Below, piece after piece: positions 28,263 to 39,634 of a DNA stretch of 64,000 bases; within the stretch, counting starts at the first letter, position 1, and each line of letters opens with the position of its first letter. The notes beneath the pieces are model-generated. The model saw nothing but the letters and a program-made list of their open reading frames with translations. It had not been told where the DNA came from and searched no databases. A program made the position numbers and the translations under genes. The stretch spans positions 14,589,979-14,653,978 of the forward strand of contig OU015568.1 of NCBI GenBank assembly GCA_907165135.1, written 5' to 3'. The DNA comes from Oikopleura dioica. Taxonomy: Eukaryota; Animalia; Chordata.

Positions 28263-31200
28263 TTACATATCATCGTGAGCGGGAACTAGCACCATTGCTC
28301 CAATAACATCCGCTTGATGCACCTTTTTCTTCTCAAAGATAATCGGATCAAGGTGACCAGCTTTCAATCTATCCAAATCGGGATCGTCACCTATTCTGAT
28401 ATAAGCTAGAGTGTCATTGTATGCTGGAACTCCGGTTGCGCGTTCTATCACTCCTCTCTGTGTATGTCCGCTGATTTCAATGACTTCAGTTGGTGATTGG
28501 GACTTTGCAATTGGATTTTCAGAATCGAAGCGTCTTTATTAGAGATTCAGATTTAATGCAGATCGATTATTCGCCAACTAATTTGAATCTCATCCCTTGA
28601 GGAAAGATACTTTAACTCAATAATCTTAATATCCCTCGATTGGGTCCCAATCGCGGCGTCAATCATATTTTTGTTTTTTTCTTCCTCTTCTGCCTTTTCT
28701 TTTTCTGGCCTCGGTTTGAATCGTGGAACAGTACGGCGGAGGCAAGGAATCCATTTGTGTGCTTTTGTGATTGTTTCTTGCCTTTCGCCTGCTTTTTTGA
28801 ACGATTCCCAGAACAGCTTGTCTTGTTCTTTGTAGCGCAGACGTTCCACGATGAATTGGTCGATATTCTTTTTATTTTTCTCCGCTCGTTTTCTCGAGAC
28901 TTTTTACGGCTCAGTATCGAAACTCAAAATATAGCTTTGAGACAAAGCCTTCAACTCAAGCCGTTCCTGGTTTTGTTTGATACATCAAACCGTCGAAAAA
29001 TCCTAGTCTTTCGATAATACGGTACGTATTCTCGATGTCTTTTTCATTCACATTTGTGCCAATGGTTCGCTTGTTTCCAGCTCTGTCTCCACAGCAGATG
29101 GGGATGAAGTTTTCCCGGTCCATGAAATCCATGATAAATGGCCAACTAAATCTCTAGAAATCAAAATTACCGCTGCGCATGTTGATATTTCTTACAAGGA
29201 AGAGAAGAAAGCTGAAGATTGTCATCGCACCAAGAAGCGAAAAGCCATAATAGGTCGATTCCGTGACATTGAGACACTCGGTAGAAAACGGATTCGGAAG
29301 TGAGACTGTTTTGCCCTTTTCATCATTTTCAACGATTGAAGTGACACATTTATTTGACCGTGGCTTATACTTGGCGGTGTCGAAGGAGGCTCTAACTAAT
29401 TCGGCGAAAGAATCGATCTCTTGCTTTGATCTGCCGTAACTCGTATTTCTAAATTCAAAGACTGGATCGCCCAACTCGTTTATTTCAACGATTCTTGTGG
29501 TCTTCGGGTTGTAAGCAGTGATTTCAATTTGACTAATGACTTTCAAGGACTCGATTATTGCCAGTTCCCATTTTAAAAAATCAACTAATCAAGTCCCTTT
29601 CCTACATTGAGCATCGTTTTAACTGTTGCCAGAATTTTCATCGTTGGAATAAAGACCAGAAAGGGAAAGATCGCAAGAAAACCCTGAAAAATTTGTCGTC
29701 TTCTGTATTTTCGCCTCTCTGAGCCAATTTTCCCTCTTCCCAAAGTTCCGATAAATGCTTTGAAATTCCTCGTTTGGGAAAACAACATCCCAAGAGCAAG
29801 AAAAACCGTCAGTAAGACATCAATATAAGCTTGAATAAAGTCGACAAAGTTTCTTTTTACCGATTCTGCTATCAAAATCGACTTTTCCTGAAATACGAAT
29901 ATCAAAATTCGGCGGTTTGAACCTCGTCATATAGAAATAAGTGACGAAAAGAAAGGGTATGTCAAGCAGTAGAGATTGAATAATCGTCAGGCACATCTGG
30001 AGAGGAAAAATGACATAAATTGGTGCACCTTTAGCTTCAAAAGACAAGGTGATAAACCAATTCAGGCAGAGAATGAAGAGACTGAAAAAAAGGAACGCTG
30101 AGAAAATAGTTTCGGACGAGAGAATCTGGGCGGTATAAAAGTCCGTCACTGTCAAAAAGAATGAGAAATAGTTTCAGCATTTAATCTAATCAAATAATTT
30201 GTGCAACATTAGCCAAGTTTATTTTCATCCCTTCTTGTTGCATATGAAATAGCGACATTCAATTTATTCCAGGACTGAAAGAGACCAAGACCTAACACTG
30301 CCGTCTTTAGCCACTTCCACCAACGAGGTAAAACTGAATACGTCTTGTATAAAGTAAGAATGCAAAAGAACATCAAGAACAGAATTAAACAGAGCAAAAC
30401 ATCTTTGAGACCATCAAATGTGTCTTTTGATTCAGGCTCTGTAAATTTGATTGCTTGGGCTTTGAAGCTTCTTGACTTCTCTGGCTCTTCGTTTCTGGGC
30501 GAAATAGAAGGGTCGAGTGAGAGCATTCTCTTTTTGATCCTGTCCTCATCACGAATGTAGCTGATATTGTTCTCTTTTATGTACTCATCCATCCATCCTT
30601 CAAGTTTTCTGATAGTATTTTCGAAGACATCCTTGAATGCTGTCGTTTCACTATCAGAATACAACGTCAGGACGATATCAGAGATCTGCCCTTGTCCAAT
30701 TCTTTCTCTTGGAGGTCTTTTCTCATTTTCTGGCAGGTCACCTGACCCAGAGCCTTCATCTGACCCTGAGTCTTCATCTTTGTTCTCTTCACGTGATTTT
30801 GGTGATGGGTAAGGTTTTTCAATATATTCAGGATTTGCCTTTCTGAGTCCCGCGTATTCGATGTCATTGATTTTGAATCCATTAAATGCATCTCGAATTC
30901 CATCGGTAACTCTTTCAATGAAATATTTCATCAGATCTTTTTCTTCTGTCTTTATTCTGTCCTTCTCCAATTGGGTGAGATTGGCAATTTCCTCGTCGTA
31001 GTAAAAAATTTTCGAGTGCAGAATTGGCAAATTGACGTTTCTCAAATCTTGTCTTCCCCCAATTCCTGCTTCAGCTTTTTCTTCTGCTGCGAGACAGTCT
31101 TGCTTTGTTAAATACGCAAGAATAGTCACTTCTTTGGCCCTTACTAAAGCGCCTTCACCTTCACGGATACTGTCTTCGATCTCGTCATCAGTTCTTCTGT

Positions 31201-32433
31201 CTTTAAGGTAAATTAAAAACATTTTAAGTTTAGTTTTCATCCATTTTTCTCTGACATCGGTGAGTGTTATCACAAGATTGTCGTATTTTTCGTCAACATC
31301 TATTTTTAAAGAGTTGTTCAAATATGGTCTCAACTCAAAAACATCAGCTTCTTTGTCAATATTCGTGAATTTGAGAGGGATATTCGTTGTCACAACGTCG
31401 TTTTCTTCCAAGCAAAGATCCATCGTTATAGTATTTTCATTGTCTCCGGAGTCGATATTGTCCAAAATCTGGGCTTGATTTGTGTTTTGATTAATAAGGT
31501 TTTGAAGCGATAAAACAAGTGCTGATTGAGCACTTTCATCGCCGTAAAAACTATCAGAATCTTCTGGATTGATCCCTAAAGTTTGATCGTAAAAAATGCC
31601 ATTGAATGCAGCAAAAGTTGTTTCATCCATCATCAGTTCCTGACCTTTCGATTGCATGTTTTCAAGGGCGATTAAATACGCTTTAGAGGCACACTGTCGC
31701 GTGCATTCTTGATAAAGATGAAGAAAAATATTGTGAGAAATTTTTTTCTATTTGGAATTTCTTCAACCTTTCCTAAGATCTGAGTATAAAATTCTCTTGC
31801 AAGTTTCGGCATCACCTCAGAACACGTGCTTTTACATTTTGAGGGACAACAGTGTGGATCGTCTTCTGTGAGTCCTGCTTTTTCCAGAAATTTCCATGCT
31901 TTAGTTCTGAAGCCGATAAAAATCATCTCTCGATAATTTTCTTCTTCGAATCTTGCGATGGTCCTGTCCAGATTAAGATCGTCAATAGCAGCGTTCCACA
32001 TATCCATGAAAAAGAAGGCAGTCGGAGAGTCCTCAGGAAAGATGGCAAACTCGGGAATTTCGACAGCTAGCTTCGGATTCCAGTCGCAATTAGACTCGTA
32101 TTTCTTTCTCGTCGCTTCGACAAAGCTCCCTAGCTTTTCATTCAAGCAAGATCGCATATCTTCTTCATTCAAATCCTTGAAAATCATGCAGCTTTCTGGG
32201 TCAGCGCCAGGATCATTATTTGGGAAAACGAGGATGAATTTATACGGCGCATATTGGAACTTTGTATAAATCGTATTCGCTGCTCTCTCAATGCTGCAAT
32301 AAAAAGAACGCTTATTCTTTCTCTCGAATTTGATAAAAATTCTCCACAGATCATTCTCTTTAAAATTCTCTTGGACAATCGGATCTTGCGCTGAAATTAT
32401 CTCTAAAAAAAGAAGAAACGTCGAAAAAAGCAT
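28263..32433 (-). CDS. Orphan multipass membrane protein: signal peptide, large ectodomain, about 6-7 TM segments, charged cytoplasmic tail
   Basis: MLFSTFLLFLEIISA signal-like start. ORFs 31672-32589, 30209-31657, 29820-30155, 29585-29905, 29154-29546, 28553-28849 and 28263-28451 are collinear and can be joined by short introns. Several hydrophobic 20-mers. Confidence 0.7.
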
Positions 32434-32646
32434 TTTATTCGAGCCATAAGCTGATTTTTTTAGCACTTTCGCGCTTGATACTCGAGGTCTTTTCGCGGCA
32501 TTGGTAATAAAAAAGAACATCAGCAGAAAAATCAGCATGCTGAGCTCATGTAAAGTTTTACGATTTTTTTTCAACAAAACATAAATCACTTGAGCCGGGC
32601 ATGTTTCGAATTTTAATATAAGTATAAAACAAAAGTAGAAAAAAAA

Positions 32647-33357
32647 TCAGCTTTTATCAAAGATCAATGCATTCACAGCTTTTAATAATCCACTTCGACT
32701 CTTCGCTCTGTCTTCTTTATGTATTTCTATTGCAGTCATTCTTCCCACTTTTTGAATGTCTATAACTGGGTCCATTTCGACTTCAAGTTCGGCAAGTATT
32801 TTGTTGAATGTTTTGATCTTTTTCTTATTTCTGGAATGTTTTATAAATTATATTAAATCAAATTAAATAAATTTATTATTTATTTTAAATTATTATTTAA
32901 TGTTAAATGAAAAAAAAAATGCTCGTGGTGCCCGATGACGTCGATTGATTTGGATTTTGATTTCGATTTTGCTTGCCGATTTTCAGCGTCAAAACGTCTT
33001 TCAATGATGTAAAATTTGATTCTCCCAATTTGGGAGTCCCAAAACCTAAACCCTCACTCTAACCCTAACCCTCACCCTAACTTTATTTTGACCATTTCCT
33101 TTTTGCGACATATTCCGATGAAATCAAATAAAGATCATCTGTTCCGTTCGCCGTTTCTTTCACCTTCGTTTTTCTGAGCGTATCCCGCGGCTTTATCCTC
33201 GAAAATTGTCTTTCCGAAATTCCAGTTTTTCCAGCTTCAATAAAATTATTCCAGAAAATCTGCTCATTTTCTCCAAAAACTCGCGTTCGAACGCATCATC
33301 TTCTTCCTGTTTTCAAGAAGTTTCGATAATAAACAGAAAAATAATGAAAAAATTCAT
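32647..33357 (-). CDS. Possible small multi-exon gene of unknown function
   Basis: Open segments EEDDAFEREFLEK, IERRFDAENRQAKSKSKSK and IKTFNKILAELEVEMDPVIDIQKVG...DKS* separated by AT-rich gaps. Junctions not resolved. Confidence 0.35.
33043..33081. repeat. Degenerate interstitial telomere-like (CCCTAA)n tract
   Basis: AACCTAAACCCTCACTCTAACCCTAACCCTCACCCTAAC. Confidence 0.6.
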
Positions 33358-33651
33358 GTTTTAAATCTCGTTATTTTTTTATTTTTTCTTAACTTTGATG
33401 CGAAAATGGTCATGAAATAAACGCTGCTGTAAATTTTATGGCGCCAAGTTTAATCGCTGTGATATTTATTATGATAAAGCTAAACACTTTTTAAGCTGAA
33501 GGAATTTAATAATTAAGCCGGTAATATTGCAATTTTACCAAGTTTTCTGTTAAGCTTTGGGCCCGTTTCGATCTTTTGAACCACGTTTATTTGAATCTTT
33601 TTAAAAAATAAAACTTCATGAAAAAGTTTTTCATTGTGCGATGAACGGAAT

Positions 33652-34097
33652 TCACCAAAAGAAGAAAATAAAAGCAGACACAAACAGAATTCCGGGTATA
33701 ACGAAACAAATGACTCCAAGGCAGATGGAAATTTTTGCAGCGTTGATGAAATCATTATTACGATTAGAGTAATTGGGAGATCTTTTCCGATAGGCCGACT
33801 TCGCTCTGTTGTAGAGAATAATTGTGACGCCTCCAATAAACGGGCAGAGCATAAGTGCCAGAAACATGAAGACTTTTTCTCAAATAAGGTCGAGATTATA
33901 ACAAAACTTAAACTCGTAAATCTTTCACTTATTCCTGGTGGCTTGTGTCGTTGAAGAAATTTGCGCTCTTTTCTTTCAAATTTAATCAAATGCAATTCCT
34001 CATTCTTTGTTCTCATTGCCTCATCGTAATTAGGAAGGGGATGCTCTTCAAAATTCCTATTTTCATAAGAAGGTGTTTCCTCCAAGCTTCTATACAT
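33652..34097 (-). CDS. Small two-hydrophobic-segment membrane protein, CD225/dispanin-like
   Basis: N-terminal PLPNYDEA (PY-like motif), then FMFLALMLCPFIGGVTIILYNRAKSAY...AAKISICLGVICFVIPGILFVSAFIFFFW*. One short intron. Confidence 0.5.
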
Positions 34098-34549
34098 TGC
34101 TCTCACGGTTAGAGTCTGGCCTACCTGATTTAGGGAAGATAGAGAGGAGACTCGAAAGAGTCTAATTATCTTATTAGAGTGTATTGTTTCAAAGGAATTT
34201 CGATGTTGCCATCAAGTTTAAAACTAAGTTCTGAATAATCATTAGGGCCTCGGTAGGCTATCAAGTGAAATATTTTTTACCATAAATCCAATTTTTCCTA
34301 ACCATCTTCAGTGATGTAGAATAAACGGTTTAATTTCAACCAGGATTTTCACGAATTACCATTTAAATTTATAGTGAAACTGTTCACAGATAAAGTCAAT
34401 TCGCATAAATTATGCGGCATAAATTATGCCGCATAATACTACTATTCTTCCACAAGATACCTCAATTGGTTCGAAGATTCAACCCTCGAGGCAGAGTTAC
34501 GAAAAAGAGAATCCTTGCAAGCTTCATAAAATCGAGTGAATTTTTTTTA

Positions 34550-35095
34550 ATGTCTGAGTATTCGGAAAGTTACGTTTCTTACGAGAAGGAAGATGTTTCG
34601 GCTTCAAAATTTTCTCAAGGAATATCGAAATCAGAGATGGAAATGGTGATTGAAGCCAAATTACAATTCTACAAAACGAAACTTGTTGATTTTGAACAAG
34701 AACAGTACCAATTAAAACAGAAAAACGAGCAATTAATTAAGCAAGTTGAAGATTTAGAGAACCAAAATGAAACTCAAAAACTGACAATTTCTTCATTTGA
34801 AGAAAAAATTGAAGTGATAACGATTGAGAGCGAAAAGAATAAAAAGACAATTAATGCATATGAAGAGAGATTTGAAAAATTGCAAAAGGCAATGCAATCA
34901 ATTGAAAATATGGACAAAGAAAACAAGCGAGAAATGGATGTGCTGGACGAGCAAATTTTTCTTTTGAAGAAAGAAAAGTACGAGCAAGATCTCAAAAGAA
35001 GAGAAAAGAAAATTTGCTCGAGAATAGCCAATGGTTGTTTTGCATTTATTCTTCTTGCAGTGATAGTCACTCTTATTAAAGTCTTCTTTTTATAA
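34550..35095 (+). CDS. Single-exon coiled-coil protein with a C-terminal TM anchor (181 aa)
   Basis: MSEYSESY..., E/K/Q-rich heptads, terminal GCFAFILLAVIVTLIKVFFL*. Confidence 0.65.
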   Translation: MSEYSESYVSYEKEDVSASKFSQGISKSEMEMVIEAKLQFYKTKLVDFEQEQYQLKQKNEQLIKQVEDLENQNETQKLTISSFEEKIEVITIESEKNKKTINAYEERFEKLQKAMQSIENMDKENKREMDVLDEQIFLLKKEKYEQDLKRREKKICSRIANGCFAFILLAVIVTLIKVFFL

Positions 35096-35267
35096 TAATA
35101 ATAAATTTCTTACGGGTTTTATGACGTCAGTTGAAAGCAACTATTAATTCTACTGAGTTCGTTGCATAATTTTGAACTCTGATGGTATTTCAGTAGCATT
35201 TACGCTGTAAATACACTGTCATGGGCGGAGCAGAATCTTTTTCTGGGTTCATTTCTTTAAAATATCG

Positions 35268-38200
35268 ATGAAAACTACTAAATTATCTTTGATTTTTAGA
35301 GTCAATGTGGTTTCAGCGTCTTTCTTCGAGGAAACTTGCCCGTAATATGCGATTTAATTTTGAGTATAAAAATTTTCTAGAGACCAAGATCTTGGAGACG
35401 CCTGCGAGACCCAGTGTCGACTTACTTTTCTAGCCTGTCGAGAGGGATGCTCTGATACTCTTTGTGAGTCTGAATGCTTGACTGTCTACTCTGGTAAGTT
35501 ATCGGAATGAAAAAGCTGGCTTTGATTTCAGAATGCGTGAATTCATGTCCTTGTTTCGCTGACTGTCAAAACGGCTGTATCGATTGCGATCATCCTCTTT
35601 GTTACTGTAGAAATCCAGAAATATCGAATCCGAGCTACAAACAGTGTGTTCATGAAAACAGTCAAGAGCTGAAAAAATGCATTGATTCTTGTAAAGCCGA
35701 AAAGCCCTGCTTCAACGAGTGCTACGATGAATTCATGCGCAAAGTAGATCAGTGCCCATGTATGATGGATTGTCCAGACGGTTGTCCATGTACAAATGGC
35801 TATAATTGCGAACCATTCATTACTGTGCTCGGTCAGCGGAACACAGGGAATTTTAGCTATATAATCTCGAGCGATGGTCATTTCAAGGCAAGAAAAATAT
35901 AACCAGACTTTAACAGACGTATATCTTTTCGGGTTGACTTCGTTAATAGATCATATGATTTTGTATCGAACGTTTTCGTTTATTGGATAAACTTCATCAG
36001 GATACTAAACTTAAGATGAACGAAAAAGAAACAGAGGAAAAAGAATACTTTTATGTTGAGAGAGCAGTGTGAAATTGCTAACTGAGGAAAACAGAAAAAC
36101 AAGATCAAAAAATGGCTGTTTTTAGTCGAGCGCCAAGGTGGCCCAAAGGTGCTCTCTCAAGATAAAAGTATTCTTTTTCCTCTGTTTCTTTTTCGTTCAT
36201 CTTAAGTTTAGTATCCTGATGAAGTTTATCCAATAAACGAAAACGTTCGATACAAAATCATATGATCTATTAACGAAGTCAACCCGAAAAGATATACATA
36301 AAGTAAAAATCTTGCTTTTGTTAATGCGTTTGATTATTATGATAAAATGAACAAAGAATTTCCACGATCAAAGTTCGTCAAAATTAAAAGTGACCCTACT
36401 TCAAAAGATATCGCAGATTTTAATGAAAGCATTAAAATCCTAAAACCGTATCTCTCATGTTCTACTTTCAAATCTATTCAATGTAATCATAAAGTTAAAT
36501 CGAGCTTTGGATTATTAAAAGTTCATAAACCAGCTCCACATCCAGTACGCCCAATTATTGGTGCGCCTGGTAGCATTACTGCGAATATTGAAAAATACAT
36601 CTACTCCATTCTTTCCAAAATTGTTCCTGAGCTTAAATTCTCTTGTTCTTCTACTAAAGAATTTAAAAGTGCATTTACTAAAATCTCACCTCAAATAACA
36701 TCAGAACATTCTATTTGGAGTGCAGATGTCGTGTCAATGTATCCATCAATTGACAATGCTAAAGCTATTGACGTGATTATTGAAATTCTTTATAAAAATC
36801 CTCTTCGATATTTTAGCCCGGAAGATCTTCCAGATGGCACTATTAGTTATTTTCCCCCTAAAGATGTTTTTCGATCTATTCTTGTTTCAGTCTTACAAAA
36901 GTTTACTTCTTTTTCCACTCAAGAAGGCTACTATAAACAGAAATTCGGTTGCTCCATGGGCTCCAGACTTGCCCCTCTAGTAGCTAATATTTACATCTCT
37001 AGCCTGGAAACTGAATTTCTTACTACTGAAATTAAAAAGGGTAATATACTTTTCTGTAGGCGTTACGTCGACGACTACTGTCTTGTAACCAAAACTAGTG
37101 CCAAAAAACGAATTTTCAACTGTCTAAATAAGTTTGATCCGTCCATTAAAATGACCTGTGAAGATATGAAAGACAACTGTCTTCCTTATCTAGATACATG
37201 CATTAAACTTCATGACAATCAATATCACTTATTCTTTTACGAGAAAGCTAACAAAAGTGATATCCTTCAGAACTTTCGTACTGGAATCGCTCCTCTTAAT
37301 CAGAAAATATCAACGCTTACAGGCGAAATTTATCGCAGAAATAATACAACATCATGTCCGTATGCGTTGAATATTGCTCTTGAACAATTGACTGATCGCT
37401 TTCTTAAGAACTCATACCCGTTTCACCTCATTAAACGTATAATCAATGAAATTAAAAACAATAATTTCGAGCCACTGAAACGTGATGATTCTAAAATTGT
37501 GAAAAAGTTCAACTTGTGCCTCGATTTTACTAGTGAAAGATGCTACTCTATTGGACTTAGTCTTCAAAAACTCTTCCGAAAAGTAACACCTTCTTTTGCC
37601 TAGTCGTTAGTTGGAAAACCATACGACTCGAAAGAGCCTTAGGCAAATTTCTCAAAAGAGTCCCTGAAAAATACGATTTGTGTGATCTCATTTATTCCTG
37701 GAAATGTGACTGTAAAGCGCAATACATTGGTCAGTCCAAACGAAGAGCTGGTATTCGTTGGACTGAACATGTTAATTCTAACAACCAGAATAAAAATGCG
37801 TCTTCTTCCATCTTCAAACATTTTTCCACTTGTAAGACCTTTCAAAAAAGCTATGAAACTTACATTAGTGAGCCAAGCACAAAAAATCTCACCAGTCAAT
37901 ACAAGACTAAAATCGCCCAATCGAAACTTGCTCTAGAGTCCTTTCACTCTAAAAATCCTCCGAAAATTCGATACAAATTTTCAAAAAATGACTATGCTTT
38001 AAAATACTTTGATGTTCTGCAAACTAATCTAACTAATGAGAGTCAAAGGAGAAGCGCTGAACAATTTCTTATTTTACTGCATCGACCCTCCCTTAATGAA
38101 CAATCTGATTTCAAACAGTTCAAAACTTTTTGATTTAGTCGAGCACTGTTTTGGGCCACCTTGGCGCTCGACTAAAAACAGCCATTTTTTGATCTTGTTT

Positions 38201-39431
38201 TTCTGTTTTCCTCAGTTAGCAATTTCACACTGCTCTCTCAACATAAAAGTATTCTTTTTCCTCTGTTTCTTTTTCGTTCATCTTAAGTTTAGTATCCTGA
38301 TGAAGTTTATCCAATAAACGAAAACGTTCGATACAAAATCATATGATCTTTTAACAGACGTATTCAAGGAAAATCGGTTATGGTCGATTCCAGACCCAAT
38401 TTATTACGAGTCTCCGTCAAGTGATAAAGCGATCCCGTATTATTTGGGTGATATTGGAACGGGTTTTCTAAATGGGGAGATTTACCTTTTTGGTGGTGCT
38501 AATGACTGGAGAAAGGTGTATAATTATCATAATAGAATCAATAAATTTCACAGGGTTAAGATTGCTAAGATTATTGACTGTTCAGTACAAGAAATTTCTA
38601 TAAGGCTCAATAATAATTTTGACTCATGGGTTGGCTCGTTGGTAACCGTACCTACTATTCCAAATGAAGTTTTGCTTTGTTTCGGAGAGGCGGGAACGGA
38701 TGCACATCGAAGATGCGAAATTTTTAACGGGGTAGAGGCAAAAATGAACGCCTTTACCTTGAATAATCATCATCGGAATGGCTGCGTTGCATTAGATAAC
38801 AACATGCCTACTGCTATTGGTGGAGGGACAAGCAACGACGAATTTCCAATGACCTCAACTGTTGAAGTTTGAGTTATAACTTATAAAAAATTAAAAGAGT
38901 CTAAGTCGAAATAGCTTTTTTACAACTCTTGCTAGTTCTTGGTATTAGTGGTTGGACGTATGAGCAGGCGCATCCAAAAAAGCTCATTAATCTTGGGTGC
39001 CTATCAGTTGACAATGGGATCATCACTATTGGAGGGGAAGAGCGCATCGACAATACCTGGGTGCAGACCAATCATATCTATCTTTTCCGCCAGAATTCTT
39101 GGTCTCTCGTCGGAAATTTACAAGAGGTTTCAAACAATTGTCTTTTATTGTGTGATTAAATTTTTCAGCCGACAAGAAGAACCTCAAACATCTTTTTCGG
39201 CTCATATTTTTTGTCATTCTCTGGAGCTTATGGGTGAGACTTTTATTTATTTTAATTTGTTATACTCTCAGAAATTCTGCAACTGAGCGAGCTGAGTGGA
39301 ATGGAACTCACGTGACCTCGGCAAAAGTCATTAACCGAAATGATATTTACATGCCGGATGCAGTTATTTTTGAAACTTTGCCGGATCGCTGCGCAAATAC
39401 TTGTGAAAGCTACTGCTTCCCTGTAGAATAA
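35268..39431 (+). CDS. Secreted Cys-rich + kelch-like beta-propeller protein; one intron carries the Penelope-like element
   Basis: CETQCRLTFLACREGC...CPCFADCQNGC...CPCMMDCPDGCPC, followed by GG-containing repeats (EIYLFGG, PTAIGGG, IITIGG). Exons resume in frame after 38368 (ENRLWSIPDPIYYE). Confidence 0.75.
35963..36005 (-). ncRNA. Minimal type I hammerhead ribozyme (antisense copy in the inverted pLTR)
   Basis: Exact reverse complement of the copy at 36211-36253. Confidence 0.8.
36211..36253 (+). ncRNA. Minimal type I hammerhead ribozyme
   Basis: GTATC-CTGATGA-A-GTTTA-TCCAA-TAAAC-GAA-AACGTT-C-GATAC: stem I GTATC/GATAC, conserved core, 5-bp stem II, palindromic stem III AACGTT, UUC cleavage triplet (C at 36248). 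Confidence 0.85.
36347..37603 (+). CDS. Penelope-type reverse transcriptase (N-truncated, ends at a frameshift)
   Basis: PVRPII, SADVVSMYPSI, YKQKFGCSMGSRLAPLVANIY, RYVDDYC, LPYLD motifs. Confidence 0.93.
   Translation: MNKEFPRSKFVKIKSDPTSKDIADFNESIKILKPYLSCSTFKSIQCNHKVKSSFGLLKVHKPAPHPVRPIIGAPGSITANIEKYIYSILSKIVPELKFSCSSTKEFKSAFTKISPQITSEHSIWSADVVSMYPSIDNAKAIDVIIEILYKNPLRYFSPEDLPDGTISYFPPKDVFRSILVSVLQKFTSFSTQEGYYKQKFGCSMGSRLAPLVANIYISSLETEFLTTEIKKGNILFCRRYVDDYCLVTKTSAKKRIFNCLNKFDPSIKMTCEDMKDNCLPYLDTCIKLHDNQYHLFFYEKANKSDILQNFRTGIAPLNQKISTLTGEIYRRNNTTSCPYALNIALEQLTDRFLKNSYPFHLIKRIINEIKNNNFEPLKRDDSKIVKKFNLCLDFTSERCYSIGLSLQKLFRKVTPSFA
37595..38133 (+). CDS. GIY-YIG endonuclease domain of the Penelope-like element (frame shifted by one base relative to RT)
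   Basis: CLVVSWKT...DLIYSWKCDCKAQYIGQSKRRAGIRWTEH...HRPSLNEQ. Confidence 0.9.
38292..38334 (+). ncRNA. Minimal type I hammerhead ribozyme (3' pLTR)
   Basis: Identical to 36211-36253; predicted cleavage after C38329. Confidence 0.85.
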
Positions 39432-39634
39432 AAGAGTTCAGAAATAAAACATTTGATTTTGTTGACGTCATTGTAAAAATATTTTTTTAATTTTATTCCT
39501 GAGCTTTCAAGCTTATCTGCTCATTTTCAAAGAAAGGTTGACAGGCTACGATCTAACAATTTGCTTAGAAGTAGTGTAAGGCGGATTGAAACATTTTGAA
39601 ATTTTCGCTTTATTGAACAAAGGAACTCATGTAT

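Larger units (their letters stand above)
35923..38349 (+). mobile_element. Penelope-like retroelement (RT + GIY-YIG), 5'-truncated, with inverted 5' pLTR and 14-bp TSD
   Basis: TSD TTTAACAGACGTAT at 35909-35922 and 38350-38363. 3' pLTR at about 38135-38349, a partial direct copy at about 36152-36285, and an inverted copy at 35923-36147. Confidence 0.95.
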
